A DNA stretch of 64,000 nucleotides, from the NCBI GenBank assembly GCA_040755995.1, contig JBFMAF010000020.1, positions 128,001 to 192,000 on the forward strand, written 5' to 3'. Of this stretch, positions 47,426-55,866 are shown piece by piece. Made by a program: the position numbers and the translations under genes. The first letter of the stretch is position 1. Each line of letters opens with the position of its first letter. The stretch comes from Acidobacteriota bacterium. GTDB lineage: Bacteria > Acidobacteriota > CAIWXX01. The notes under the pieces are model-generated. The model saw nothing but the letters and a program-made list of their open reading frames with translations. It ran no database searches and had not been told where the DNA came from.

Positions 47426-49192
47426 CTACGCCACTTCGAGCCACCTGAACCAGATCGGGTGGTTCTGCTTGTACCAGCTCAAGACGTGGCGCATGAAGTC
47501 CTTCTTCTCCGGCGGCACTACCGTGTCGTCGACACGGTCGAAGAAGATCCGGATTCCCTCGTCGCCGATGAACTCGAGCGCCTCCGAGTACCAGGTCTGA
47601 AGCTCGTTCCGGATGCGACCCGAGTCGGATATCTTCACGGGCCGGGTCTTGTAGTCCTGGCCGGCGTAGAACCGGTCGAGCAGCGGCGAGAAGACACGCT
47701 TGCTCTCTTCAAACGTCTCCAGCAGCCTCAGGGTCAGCGCTATTTCGCGGATCCCGCGCTCGCTGGTCGCCCTGGTCGTGACGCGATACGTCAGCGGCCC
47801 AACCTCTTCGACTCCGTCCACACCCGCGTATGGATCCGGGAGCATGTAGCCGGCCAGCGCGAGCCCGCTCCACTCCTTCTTCGGGAAGAAGTCGTCGACG
47901 GTCACGGTTCTTCGAGCGAGCGGCATGCCGGCCGCCGCGGCGTGGCGCAGTATCCCGCGGTAGAGATCGACATCCTTGTCGGTCGCCTGACGACCCAACA
48001 GATCCGCGAGGTCCCGCGGGAACGTCGCCGAATCGGGGTCGAGGTGCATCAGCTGAGCCTCGCGCCTGTACGAGGCGTCGAACTTGGAGGAGAAGACAGC
48101 CATCGAAGTCGTGAGATCGAGCATCGGATCCAGACTCGCGGCCTGAATCGCCTCGGCGGTGGCCGCATAGCCGTCGCAGAGGAGAAGATGCGTGTTTCCT
48201 TCCGGATCCTGAAAGGGACCGACCGCGTATGTCGGAGCGTAGGTCCCGGATTCGCCGAACGCGGGGCCGCCTCCGGGCACCACCCATCCATCCTCGACCA
48301 GGTGCGCTCCGGCGCTCCTCCACTCCTCCCACAGCTCCCCGATGCGCGGCTCGCGCGCCCTGCCTCCGAGCGTCCACACGTGCACATGCTCCGGTCGAAT
48401 CCCCGGGTACGTGGCGCGAATGCACTCCATCACGAGCGCACGCGGCGCCAGGTAGTTGAGCAGGACAGAGCGGTCGGCGGCGGTCTCGACGACCTTGCGC
48501 GGCAGCGCAAGATAGCCCATGTAGCCCTCGTACGGCAGCGCGATCCGCAGCGGCTGATCGAAAAGATGGAGCACACCCATCGGCCCCGTTGGCGAGCCCT
48601 TGACGAAGCGCGATGTGTTCTCCAGCGTATCGATCGCGGCTCCCCAGATCGTGATGCCGTTGCGCTGCCTATCCGCCCAGAAATCCTCCCAGCGGTAGAA
48701 CGGATCGTTGATGAGGCGATGGACGAGCCTGTCGACATACCGGGCGACCTGCGGGCGCGCGTACACGCGACCGAACCCGAGCAGCGGATTGGAGCCCATC
48801 TCGGGCGTCTCGCCGACCTTCGGCATGAGACCCTCACCAAGGCTCACCATGACCGCGTGGTTCTCCGGGAGCCCGCGCGTGAGATACCACAGCGCCTCGC
48901 TCATCGCGTAGGCAGAGATGGCGTCGGCATCCTTCTTGACGAGGTTCAGGCTGGACTTGTCGAGCCCCTTGCCTTCGCCGTACCTCCCGAACAGACGGGT
49001 TCCCAACGCGGTCACTGCAGCCGTGACAATGAAACCCTTCTCCAGCGCGGGCCCGACGAAGGAGAACTCGCGCGTGCGGTCTCCCCGCACCATCCTCTCC
49101 TCCACGTTCTCCAACCAGAGGTGGAACCGGCCGAGAATCGACTTGGTGTCGAACGCCCACTGTGCGAGGTGATTTTCATGCTCCATGTGCAT
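47426..49192 (-). CDS. Divergent, enlarged GlpX (class II FBPase)/FIG-superfamily-like phosphatase
   Basis: VTAAVTA...GR...KKDADA.SA.AM, VSLGEG, AIDTLENT, WRSAGAHLVEDG and GYAATAEAIQAA parallel the GlpX motifs; extended -10 TGcTATAAT at 49279-49287. Confidence 0.6.
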   Translation of the reverse strand: MHMEHENHLAQWAFDTKSILGRFHLWLENVEERMVRGDRTREFSFVGPALEKGFIVTAAVTALGTRLFGRYGEGKGLDKSSLNLVKKDADAISAYAMSEALWYLTRGLPENHAVMVSLGEGLMPKVGETPEMGSNPLLGFGRVYARPQVARYVDRLVHRLINDPFYRWEDFWADRQRNGITIWGAAIDTLENTSRFVKGSPTGPMGVLHLFDQPLRIALPYEGYMGYLALPRKVVETAADRSVLLNYLAPRALVMECIRATYPGIRPEHVHVWTLGGRAREPRIGELWEEWRSAGAHLVEDGWVVPGGGPAFGESGTYAPTYAVGPFQDPEGNTHLLLCDGYAATAEAIQAASLDPMLDLTTSMAVFSSKFDASYRREAQLMHLDPDSATFPRDLADLLGRQATDKDVDLYRGILRHAAAAGMPLARRTVTVDDFFPKKEWSGLALAGYMLPDPYAGVDGVEEVGPLTYRVTTRATSERGIREIALTLRLLETFEESKRVFSPLLDRFYAGQDYKTRPVKISDSGRIRNELQTWYSEALEFIGDEGIRIFFDRVDDTVVPPEKKDFMRHVLSWYKQNHPIWFRWLEVA

Positions 49193-49459
49193 CCGGCGCC
49201 CCTTTCCACACAAGGACTCGGTCTGACGAGAGGGCCGGGCTCTCGCCGATCCCGACCCCTGCCATGTGCTACTCGGGGATTATAGCACCGGGAGCCCTCC
49301 GTGGTGCTATCGAACCTGCCTCTACATGAACTCCCGCTTCTTCGGAAACCGAGCCCGAAGCCCGCGTTGGTACAGGACCGAGGATTGGATTCTTTCGGAG
49401 AAGAGAGGCCCGAAACCGGCGTCTGAGTCGTCCGTATGATCGAGAAGGAGGAGAAGTCG

Positions 49460-51343
49460 ATGATGCGTGTGTCGGTGGTCTTGTCGGTGCTGGCGTTGTG
49501 TGCGGTCGCGGCGGGGGAGGAGGGCATGATCGAGTTTGATCCAGACCGCTGGGACATGGCTCAAGCGAAGGTAGTGGATCATCTTGGTCGAAAGGCGCTG
49601 ATGGGTACGGCCAATCTCAAGGCTCTCGAGTTCGAGAACGGCGTGATCGAGGTGGATGTGGCCGTGACCGGCGCGCGGTCTTACCCTGGGATCCTCTTCC
49701 GTACTCAGCCGGGCGGCCACTGGGAACGCTTCTACATCCGCCCGCACCGTGCCGGCTGTGTCCCACCTTCACTCTACACGGACGTGCTGCAGTACGTGCC
49801 GGCGTGGAACGGCGTTGACTCATGGCAGCTCCACACCGGCGCCGGCCGCACGGCCGGGTTCACGATCCCGTTGAATCAGTGGGTCCGCGTGAGGCTGGAA
49901 GTCTCAGGGACGCAGGCTCGTGTGTTCGTGGGGGAATCAGCGCAACCGGCGCTTCTGATCAATGATCTACAGCACGGCGGAAGCAAAGGAGGGATCGGGC
50001 TGATGGGGCCTCTCGACGGCACAGCATACTTCTCCCGGTTTTCATACCGCCCGGACGACGCGTTGCGCTTCGACCCGCCTCCGGTCCCGAACACAGCGCC
50101 GGGGATAATTTCCAAATGGCAGCTGTCGAAGCCGTTCAAAGCCCTCCGCATCGACACCGAGAAGACACCGGAAGCGCAGGGATTGACCGACCTCGGCTGG
50201 CAGGACGTGGTCGCCGACTCGGCGGGTGTTGTGGATGTGTCGCACCGCTACGGCCGCAGCGGCGAGCCCGACTGCGTGTTCGCGCGCACGACGATCAGGG
50301 CCGATGCGGAGAGGACGCTCAAGTTGAACCTGGGGTATAGCGATATCATCAGTGCATTCATCAACAGCGATCTAGTCTTCACTGCGAACAGCGCATACGG
50401 CTCCCGCGATCCGTCTTTCCTCGGTGTTCTCGGCTTCAACGACACGCTGTACCTGCCACTTCGAAAAGGTGACAACGAGCTGCTCCTGGCCGTCACCGAG
50501 TTGAGCGGCGGCTGGGGCTTCATGGCGCAGGATGCGGACACGGTCTTTCTGGCACCCGGAGTGGAGATGGCCTGGGAGACCCCCAAGGAGCTCTCGCTGC
50601 CCGAGTCCGCCGTGTACGACCCGGTCTCCGGGGCCGTCTACGTGTCCAACTGGGACGGGTACAATCGCGGCGGCCCCGAGGCGAAGCAGTTCATCAGCAA
50701 GATCTCGCCGGACGGCAAGCTCGACAAGCTGCAGTGGGTAGCTGGCCTCAGGAACCCAACCGGTCTGGCCACCCATGCTGAGAAGCTGTACGCGGTAGAG
50801 GCGAATTCGGTGGTAGAGATCTCCATTCCGGAAGCGAGAATCGTGAAGCGTCATGATCTTCCGGGCTCGGCCATGCTGAACGACATCACGGTTACCCAAC
50901 AGGGGGACCTCTATATTTCGGACACGCGGAAGGGGGTGATCTTCAGGCTCGCCGGAGGGAAGGCTGAAGAGTGGCTATCCTCGCCCGAGCTCGCGCGTCC
51001 CAACGGCGTGCACGTGCGAGGTGACGCGCTGTTGATCGGTTCGATGGGCGACGGGTGGGTCAAAGAGATCAAGCTTGCGACGAAAGAGATCCGCAAGATC
51101 GCCGATCTGGGCCCCGGCATCATCGATGGGATCGAGAGCGATCAGGCAGGCGGTATCTTGGTCTCGCATTTCAACGGGAGGCTCTTCCGTATCGGGCCGA
51201 ATGGGGAAGTGACGAAGCTGCTGGACCTGACGGCCGGCCAGACGAACATCGCCGACATCGGTTACATTCCGGGCAAGAACATGGTCATCTGTCCCGCGAC
51301 ACTGAGCGGGAGAATCGGGGCGTATCGGATTGGCGGAAGGTGA
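49460..51343 (+). CDS. Secreted protein: DUF1080/ConA-like domain + beta-sandwich + SMP-30/gluconolactonase-like beta-propeller
   Basis: AAGGAGG RBS, signal peptide; FENGVIEVDV..YPGILFR, PESAVYD, LRNPTGL, LNDITV...LYISD, PNGV, DGI. Confidence 0.75.
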   Translation: MMRVSVVLSVLALCAVAAGEEGMIEFDPDRWDMAQAKVVDHLGRKALMGTANLKALEFENGVIEVDVAVTGARSYPGILFRTQPGGHWERFYIRPHRAGCVPPSLYTDVLQYVPAWNGVDSWQLHTGAGRTAGFTIPLNQWVRVRLEVSGTQARVFVGESAQPALLINDLQHGGSKGGIGLMGPLDGTAYFSRFSYRPDDALRFDPPPVPNTAPGIISKWQLSKPFKALRIDTEKTPEAQGLTDLGWQDVVADSAGVVDVSHRYGRSGEPDCVFARTTIRADAERTLKLNLGYSDIISAFINSDLVFTANSAYGSRDPSFLGVLGFNDTLYLPLRKGDNELLLAVTELSGGWGFMAQDADTVFLAPGVEMAWETPKELSLPESAVYDPVSGAVYVSNWDGYNRGGPEAKQFISKISPDGKLDKLQWVAGLRNPTGLATHAEKLYAVEANSVVEISIPEARIVKRHDLPGSAMLNDITVTQQGDLYISDTRKGVIFRLAGGKAEEWLSSPELARPNGVHVRGDALLIGSMGDGWVKEIKLATKEIRKIADLGPGIIDGIESDQAGGILVSHFNGRLFRIGPNGEVTKLLDLTAGQTNIADIGYIPGKNMVICPATLSGRIGAYRIGGR

Positions 51344-51356
51344 GAGGAGGCAACAG

Positions 51357-51953
51357 GTGGAACGCAGGGTGATCTTGGGGGCATTCGGCAGATGTTGCGT
51401 GGGGGCCGGCCTGTGTGCCGCCATGCCGAAGCTGGCGCTCGGCACGGAGCAGGCTGCTGAAGACGAGTCGGTGGGCCACAGCTGCCAGGAGAAGATCGAG
51501 TTTGCCGAGGGTTGGATCAAGCGACTCATGGATGTGCTCGACCAGACGACCGACGGAGAGACGCGGCGGAGAATAATGGAGGCGAATGGGCGTGCCTGTG
51601 CGGCCAACTACATCGCGAGCAGCGGCCGCGAGATCAAGCCCGTGGCGTTCGCAGACTGGGTCGAACGGTTAAAGCAGCGGCCGGACGACGGTTCAATCAG
51701 AGTCGAGGGCCGGACGATCTACTTCCAGTATCTGAAGAACTACCAGGGGCTCGATGCCCCAGAGTCATTCTGCCTGTGCCCTCTGGTCGAATCCAAGCCC
51801 AAGGGGATTTCGGGCACTTACTGCCAATGCTCGGTCGGCTACATCCGAGAGCTCTTCAGCCGCACCTTCGGGCAGTCGGTGCAGGTAGAGCTGCTCGACT
51901 CGGTGCTGCGCGGCGGCAAGCGCTGTAAGTTCAAGATTGAGGTGGCGGCCTGA
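51357..51953 (+). CDS. Tat-exported Cys-rich DUF6144/V4R-like protein
   Basis: GAGGAGG RBS, ERRVIL twin-arginine-like leader; GRACA, CLCPLV, TYCQCSVGY, VELLDSVLRGGKRCKF. Confidence 0.7.
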   Translation: MERRVILGAFGRCCVGAGLCAAMPKLALGTEQAAEDESVGHSCQEKIEFAEGWIKRLMDVLDQTTDGETRRRIMEANGRACAANYIASSGREIKPVAFADWVERLKQRPDDGSIRVEGRTIYFQYLKNYQGLDAPESFCLCPLVESKPKGISGTYCQCSVGYIRELFSRTFGQSVQVELLDSVLRGGKRCKFKIEVAA

Positions 51954-52177
51954 CGGCCACCGCGTGAGGTCGCGGTCAGCCGCCAGGCTCCGATGTTCGG
52001 AAACGAACAATCGGTGTTCCGCTGCCGGACAGTCTTGTGGGCTGGGTCGCTCGAGGAGACGACCCGTCTCGGACGGCCGATCATTGAGAGACGGGGCGTC
52101 AAGCGCAACTGCATGATTCGCAGGGCCTGGCGAACCAGCCAGGGGCGGCTCACCAGCCGTGCCCGGTGACAGGCACG

Positions 52178-52193
52178 TGGCACGGGAGTTGCT
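52178..52193 (+). promoter_or_regulatory. sigma54 (-24/-12) promoter
   Basis: TGGCAC-GGGAG-TTGCT, an exact consensus match about 115 nt upstream of the ABC ATPase gene. Confidence 0.75.
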
Positions 52194-52308
52194 ATACTCG
52201 CTTGGTGAGGGATAACTGGTACTTCGGCTCCGGCCGCTGCACGCAACCAGGAAGTGAGTGCGCATCTCTTGCGGGTTTTCGATTGCGTCGAAGACATGAG
52301 GTGAGACA

Positions 52309-53055
52309 ATGATCAAGCTGAGAGGCGTCACCAAGTTCTATTCATCGGGGTTCGTCAAGACGTTCGTACTGCGCCGCGTGAATCTGGACATCCGGGAGGG
52401 CGAATTTGTTTCCATCATGGGACCGTCAGGCGCTGGGAAGTCGACCTTGCTGCATATCGTCGGGATGCTTGATGATGCCTCCGAGGGTGAGTATCACTTC
52501 TTCGACCAGCCGGTCCACACGCTGAGCGAGCGGAAGCGTACAGAGCTCCACCAGCGCAACATCGGTTTCGTTTTCCAGAGCTACCATCTCATCGATGACC
52601 TGACAGTCTACGAGAACCTGGAGACGCCCCTGCTGTACAAGAAGGTGCCCTCCTCTGAACGCAGGAGTCTGGTGGCGGAGACTCTGGACCGATATCAGAT
52701 CGTCGCAAAAAGGGATCTGTTCCCCAACCAGCTCTCAGGCGGGCAGCAACAGCTCGTCGCGGTCGCGCGCGCGCTGATAATCAGGCCGAAGCTCATTCTC
52801 GCCGATGAGCCGACTGGCAATCTGAACTCGAAGCAAGGCGGAGAGATCATGACGCTCTTCACGCAGCTCAACCGCGAAGGCACGACGATTCTCCAGGCCA
52901 CGCATTCCGAGAAGAACGCCTCTTACGGCAGCCGTATCATCCACCTTCTAGACGGGTGGGTGGACAGGGAAGAGGTCTTGAGGCGCACCGATCCGGGCGC
53001 GGGGCAGGCCGCCGGTGACTGCAGAGCCCTCGAGGGGGCCGGGCAGAGGACATAG
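52309..53055 (+). CDS. Stand-alone MacB/LolD-type ABC ATP-binding protein
   Basis: GPSGAGKST, IGFVFQSYHL, LSGGQQQ, LADEPTGNL, ATH; no adjacent permease. Confidence 0.92.
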   Translation: MIKLRGVTKFYSSGFVKTFVLRRVNLDIREGEFVSIMGPSGAGKSTLLHIVGMLDDASEGEYHFFDQPVHTLSERKRTELHQRNIGFVFQSYHLIDDLTVYENLETPLLYKKVPSSERRSLVAETLDRYQIVAKRDLFPNQLSGGQQQLVAVARALIIRPKLILADEPTGNLNSKQGGEIMTLFTQLNREGTTILQATHSEKNASYGSRIIHLLDGWVDREEVLRRTDPGAGQAAGDCRALEGAGQRT

Positions 53056-53134
53056 AGCGGACGTCTTTCAATACTGAGCGCACGCAGCGTGCGGCGAACT
53101 CCACTGACAGGCGACGGCCTCTCGCCTCTGGCGC

Positions 53135-55549
53135 TCATTGATAGCTGAATGTCCCCACGGTGGTGGACGTAACACTGGAGGTCACCTTGACGTCGGCGGT
53201 TCCGGTCCCGGGCGGGCTGTAGCAGATGATGATGTTGGGATCGACGAATCGGATGCCTGAAGCCAGCGTCGATCCGAAGAGGACGTTGAACTGGGTGCCG
53301 GAGGTGCCGGCGGGAGCCAGAATCGTGACGAGCGTGCCGCCGGCGGCGGGCCCCGATGTAGGTTCGACGTTGCCCGTCGCAGGGAGCACTATGAACTCGA
53401 ACGGATTGCTCTTCTTGCTGCCGACCTGAACAGTGACGGAACCCGTCTTGGCGCCGGACGGCACGGCGACCCGGATGCTGCTGGTCGACCATGATTGCGC
53501 CGCTGCGCTCGCGACCGTGCCAAAGAGCACCTTGCTGCTGTCCTGGGACGCGCCGAAGTTGCTGCCGTCGATCGTGACGCTCTCTCCGGCTTTGCCGTAC
53601 GCCGGTGATAGTTGCGTGATCGCGGGCCCGCCTTGCACTGTCTTCATCGCGTACGAGTAGACACCCTGATTCGTCCCTATGGCATACTTGCCGGCCTTGG
53701 TCCGGTCGATGTTGACATCGTTGATCCAGAAGGAGCCCAGGCCCGTCGAGTCGAAACTGCTCCAGGTCTCGCCGTGGTCGTTCGACACTGCCAACGCTCC
53801 GTAGCCGCCTCCGAAGACCCGTTCCGGCTCGAACGGGTCGAACGTGACGAAACCCTTGGCCGCGTCAGTCCACGGCTTCCAGCTCTGCCCCCCGTTTGCG
53901 CTCCTGTAGATGCCGTCCCATGTGGATGCGTAGAGTATTGCTGGCGCGGACGGGTCGAACGTGATCCGCCGTATCATGGCGTCCTTCAATCCGCTGCTGC
54001 TGTTTTTCCATGCGGCTCCGCCGTTGGTGCTCCTGAACACCTTGCCCTTCTTCGTTCCCACGTACACGTTCGAGCTGTCCGTGGGATCGACGGCGATAGC
54101 GGTGACGTCCTTGTCGGTGAGGCCGCTGTCGATTCGCTGCCACGTCTCGCCCTGATCCGTGCTCTTGACGATGCCGGTGCCGGGATTGCCCGGCACCAGT
54201 CCCTTGATGCACGCGAGGTAGATCACGTCCTCGTTCGCCGGATCCAGGGCCAGCGCCGAGCCACCCTCTTCAGCGTTCGGCGTCCTCAGCTCCCACGTCT
54301 TCCCACCGTTTCGGCTGATGGCAATCGATCCTTCCGGATCGCAGATCGACGCCACGACCAGGTTGGCGTCGGCTTCGTGGATCTGGATGTCCGTCACGTT
54401 CCAAACTGGCTCCTGCCCGCTGCAGAGCGTCGCCGGCTTCCATGCCTTGGCGTCGTTCTGGCTCCAATACAGGATCTTGTATGGGAGCGCGAAGATCTGC
54501 TTCGGACGATCCGGATGCGCCTGCACCCGGCCGACATACTGCCCGTCGAGCCCCGTGTTGGTGAGACGCCACGACTTGCCCGCGTCTTGCGAGCGGAAGA
54601 CGCCTTGACCGAATCCCCCGATGAACACAACGCTCGTTCGATTCGGATTCACCGCGACGCTCCACAGGTCGTTCGGGTCCACCGAAAGCTCGCTCCATGT
54701 CGAGCCGCCGTTTGTGCTCTTCCACGCCTTGTCGTGGACGGCATAGACATTCTGCGAATTGGCCGGATCGACTGCAACTGTTCTCGTGAACCCGTCCAGC
54801 ACCTTGGACCACTTGCCGCCGCTGTCGGTCGTCTTGAACACTCCTTTGCAGCCGCCGGCGTACAGGACCTTCGGGTTCTTCGGGTCTATCGCCAGCGTGT
54901 TCTCGCAGTCGCCCAGATCCAGCCCGTTGCTGATCTCCTGCCAGGTCTTCCCGCCATCGGTCGTCCTGAACGCCTTCCTGTTGGCCATCAGCACATAGAC
55001 GCTGTTCCCCGTCTGCGGATCTACTTCCACCTGAGGTATGCTGTTCCCACGAGTATCGGCCGTTTCAATCGACGACGGCCGCTTCATCCACGTCTTGCCT
55101 CCATCGGTGCTCTTCATCGCGCCGTGCGAGTACGTCACCGCGTAGACAACCTGCGGGTAGGTCGGATGGAATTCCATGTCGTAGATGCCGTCTGCACCTT
55201 TGTACAACGGGCCTGCGATCGCCTGCCACGTGGTTCCCTGATCTGTGCTGCCGAACACACGGTCGCCGCCGGCGGCGAGCATCGAACTGGGACTCTTTGG
55301 ACTGATCCTCACGACCATCTCGTTCGCCCGAGCCGCGCTCGGCGTGAGACGCTCCCAGCTCTGGCCGCCGTTCCTGCTCCGGAACATCCCCGGCGGCCCC
55401 CAAGCGAAGACGATGTCCGCGTTCTGCGGATGGAAAACGAAGCCGGTGAATACGCCGCCGTATGGACCATTGGATGTCCACTGGTTGTCGCCGGCGGCGC
55501 AAACGAGCGAGAACGCGAGGACGAGAGGGACGTCTGTCCAGAGTCTCAT
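53135..55549 (-). CDS. Secreted BNR/VPS10-repeat beta-propeller protein with two IPT/TIG domains
   Basis: Signal peptide; many S.DGG.TW Asp-boxes; C-terminal PAITQLSP..G..VTIDGSNFG and PTSGPAAGGT.VTI domains. Confidence 0.88.
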   Translation of the reverse strand: MRLWTDVPLVLAFSLVCAAGDNQWTSNGPYGGVFTGFVFHPQNADIVFAWGPPGMFRSRNGGQSWERLTPSAARANEMVVRISPKSPSSMLAAGGDRVFGSTDQGTTWQAIAGPLYKGADGIYDMEFHPTYPQVVYAVTYSHGAMKSTDGGKTWMKRPSSIETADTRGNSIPQVEVDPQTGNSVYVLMANRKAFRTTDGGKTWQEISNGLDLGDCENTLAIDPKNPKVLYAGGCKGVFKTTDSGGKWSKVLDGFTRTVAVDPANSQNVYAVHDKAWKSTNGGSTWSELSVDPNDLWSVAVNPNRTSVVFIGGFGQGVFRSQDAGKSWRLTNTGLDGQYVGRVQAHPDRPKQIFALPYKILYWSQNDAKAWKPATLCSGQEPVWNVTDIQIHEADANLVVASICDPEGSIAISRNGGKTWELRTPNAEEGGSALALDPANEDVIYLACIKGLVPGNPGTGIVKSTDQGETWQRIDSGLTDKDVTAIAVDPTDSSNVYVGTKKGKVFRSTNGGAAWKNSSSGLKDAMIRRITFDPSAPAILYASTWDGIYRSANGGQSWKPWTDAAKGFVTFDPFEPERVFGGGYGALAVSNDHGETWSSFDSTGLGSFWINDVNIDRTKAGKYAIGTNQGVYSYAMKTVQGGPAITQLSPAYGKAGESVTIDGSNFGASQDSSKVLFGTVASAAAQSWSTSSIRVAVPSGAKTGSVTVQVGSKKSNPFEFIVLPATGNVEPTSGPAAGGTLVTILAPAGTSGTQFNVLFGSTLASGIRFVDPNIIICYSPPGTGTADVKVTSSVTSTTVGTFSYQ

Positions 55550-55708
55550 GTGGCTTCCCCTCCGCGAGAATCCATTTCGCTACCTACGTAGATTAGGCCG
55601 CGGACACCACCGGGTCAAGCAGGTCCGAGGCCCCGGGTGGGTCCACGGTCTGTGGGGTTGTCAGCAGCGGACATCGTCCGACTGTGGTGCTCACAGGTGC
55701 CCTGTCTA

Positions 55709-55810
55709 TCCGCAGATCGCGCAGATTGAACGGATTTCGCAGATTACAACACACCGAGCATTGGTGGATTTCAATCTGCGTAGTCTTCGTGAATCTGCGC
55801 GGGCTGTGGA
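55709..55810. repeat. REP-like imperfect hairpin (cgcagat ... atctgcg)
   Basis: Three cgcagat units followed by two aatctgcg units, intergenic. Confidence 0.65.
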
Positions 55811-55866
55811 TTTCCCCTCCACCCGTCATCGTAGAGGCCCCACATCGCCGAGCATTGCGCCAGGAA

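Noticed and set aside
49266..49288. Second NikR-like palindrome GTGCTA-N11-TAGCAC
   Set aside because: The spacer is 5 bp shorter than at the nik operon and the right arm is explained by an extended -10 box.
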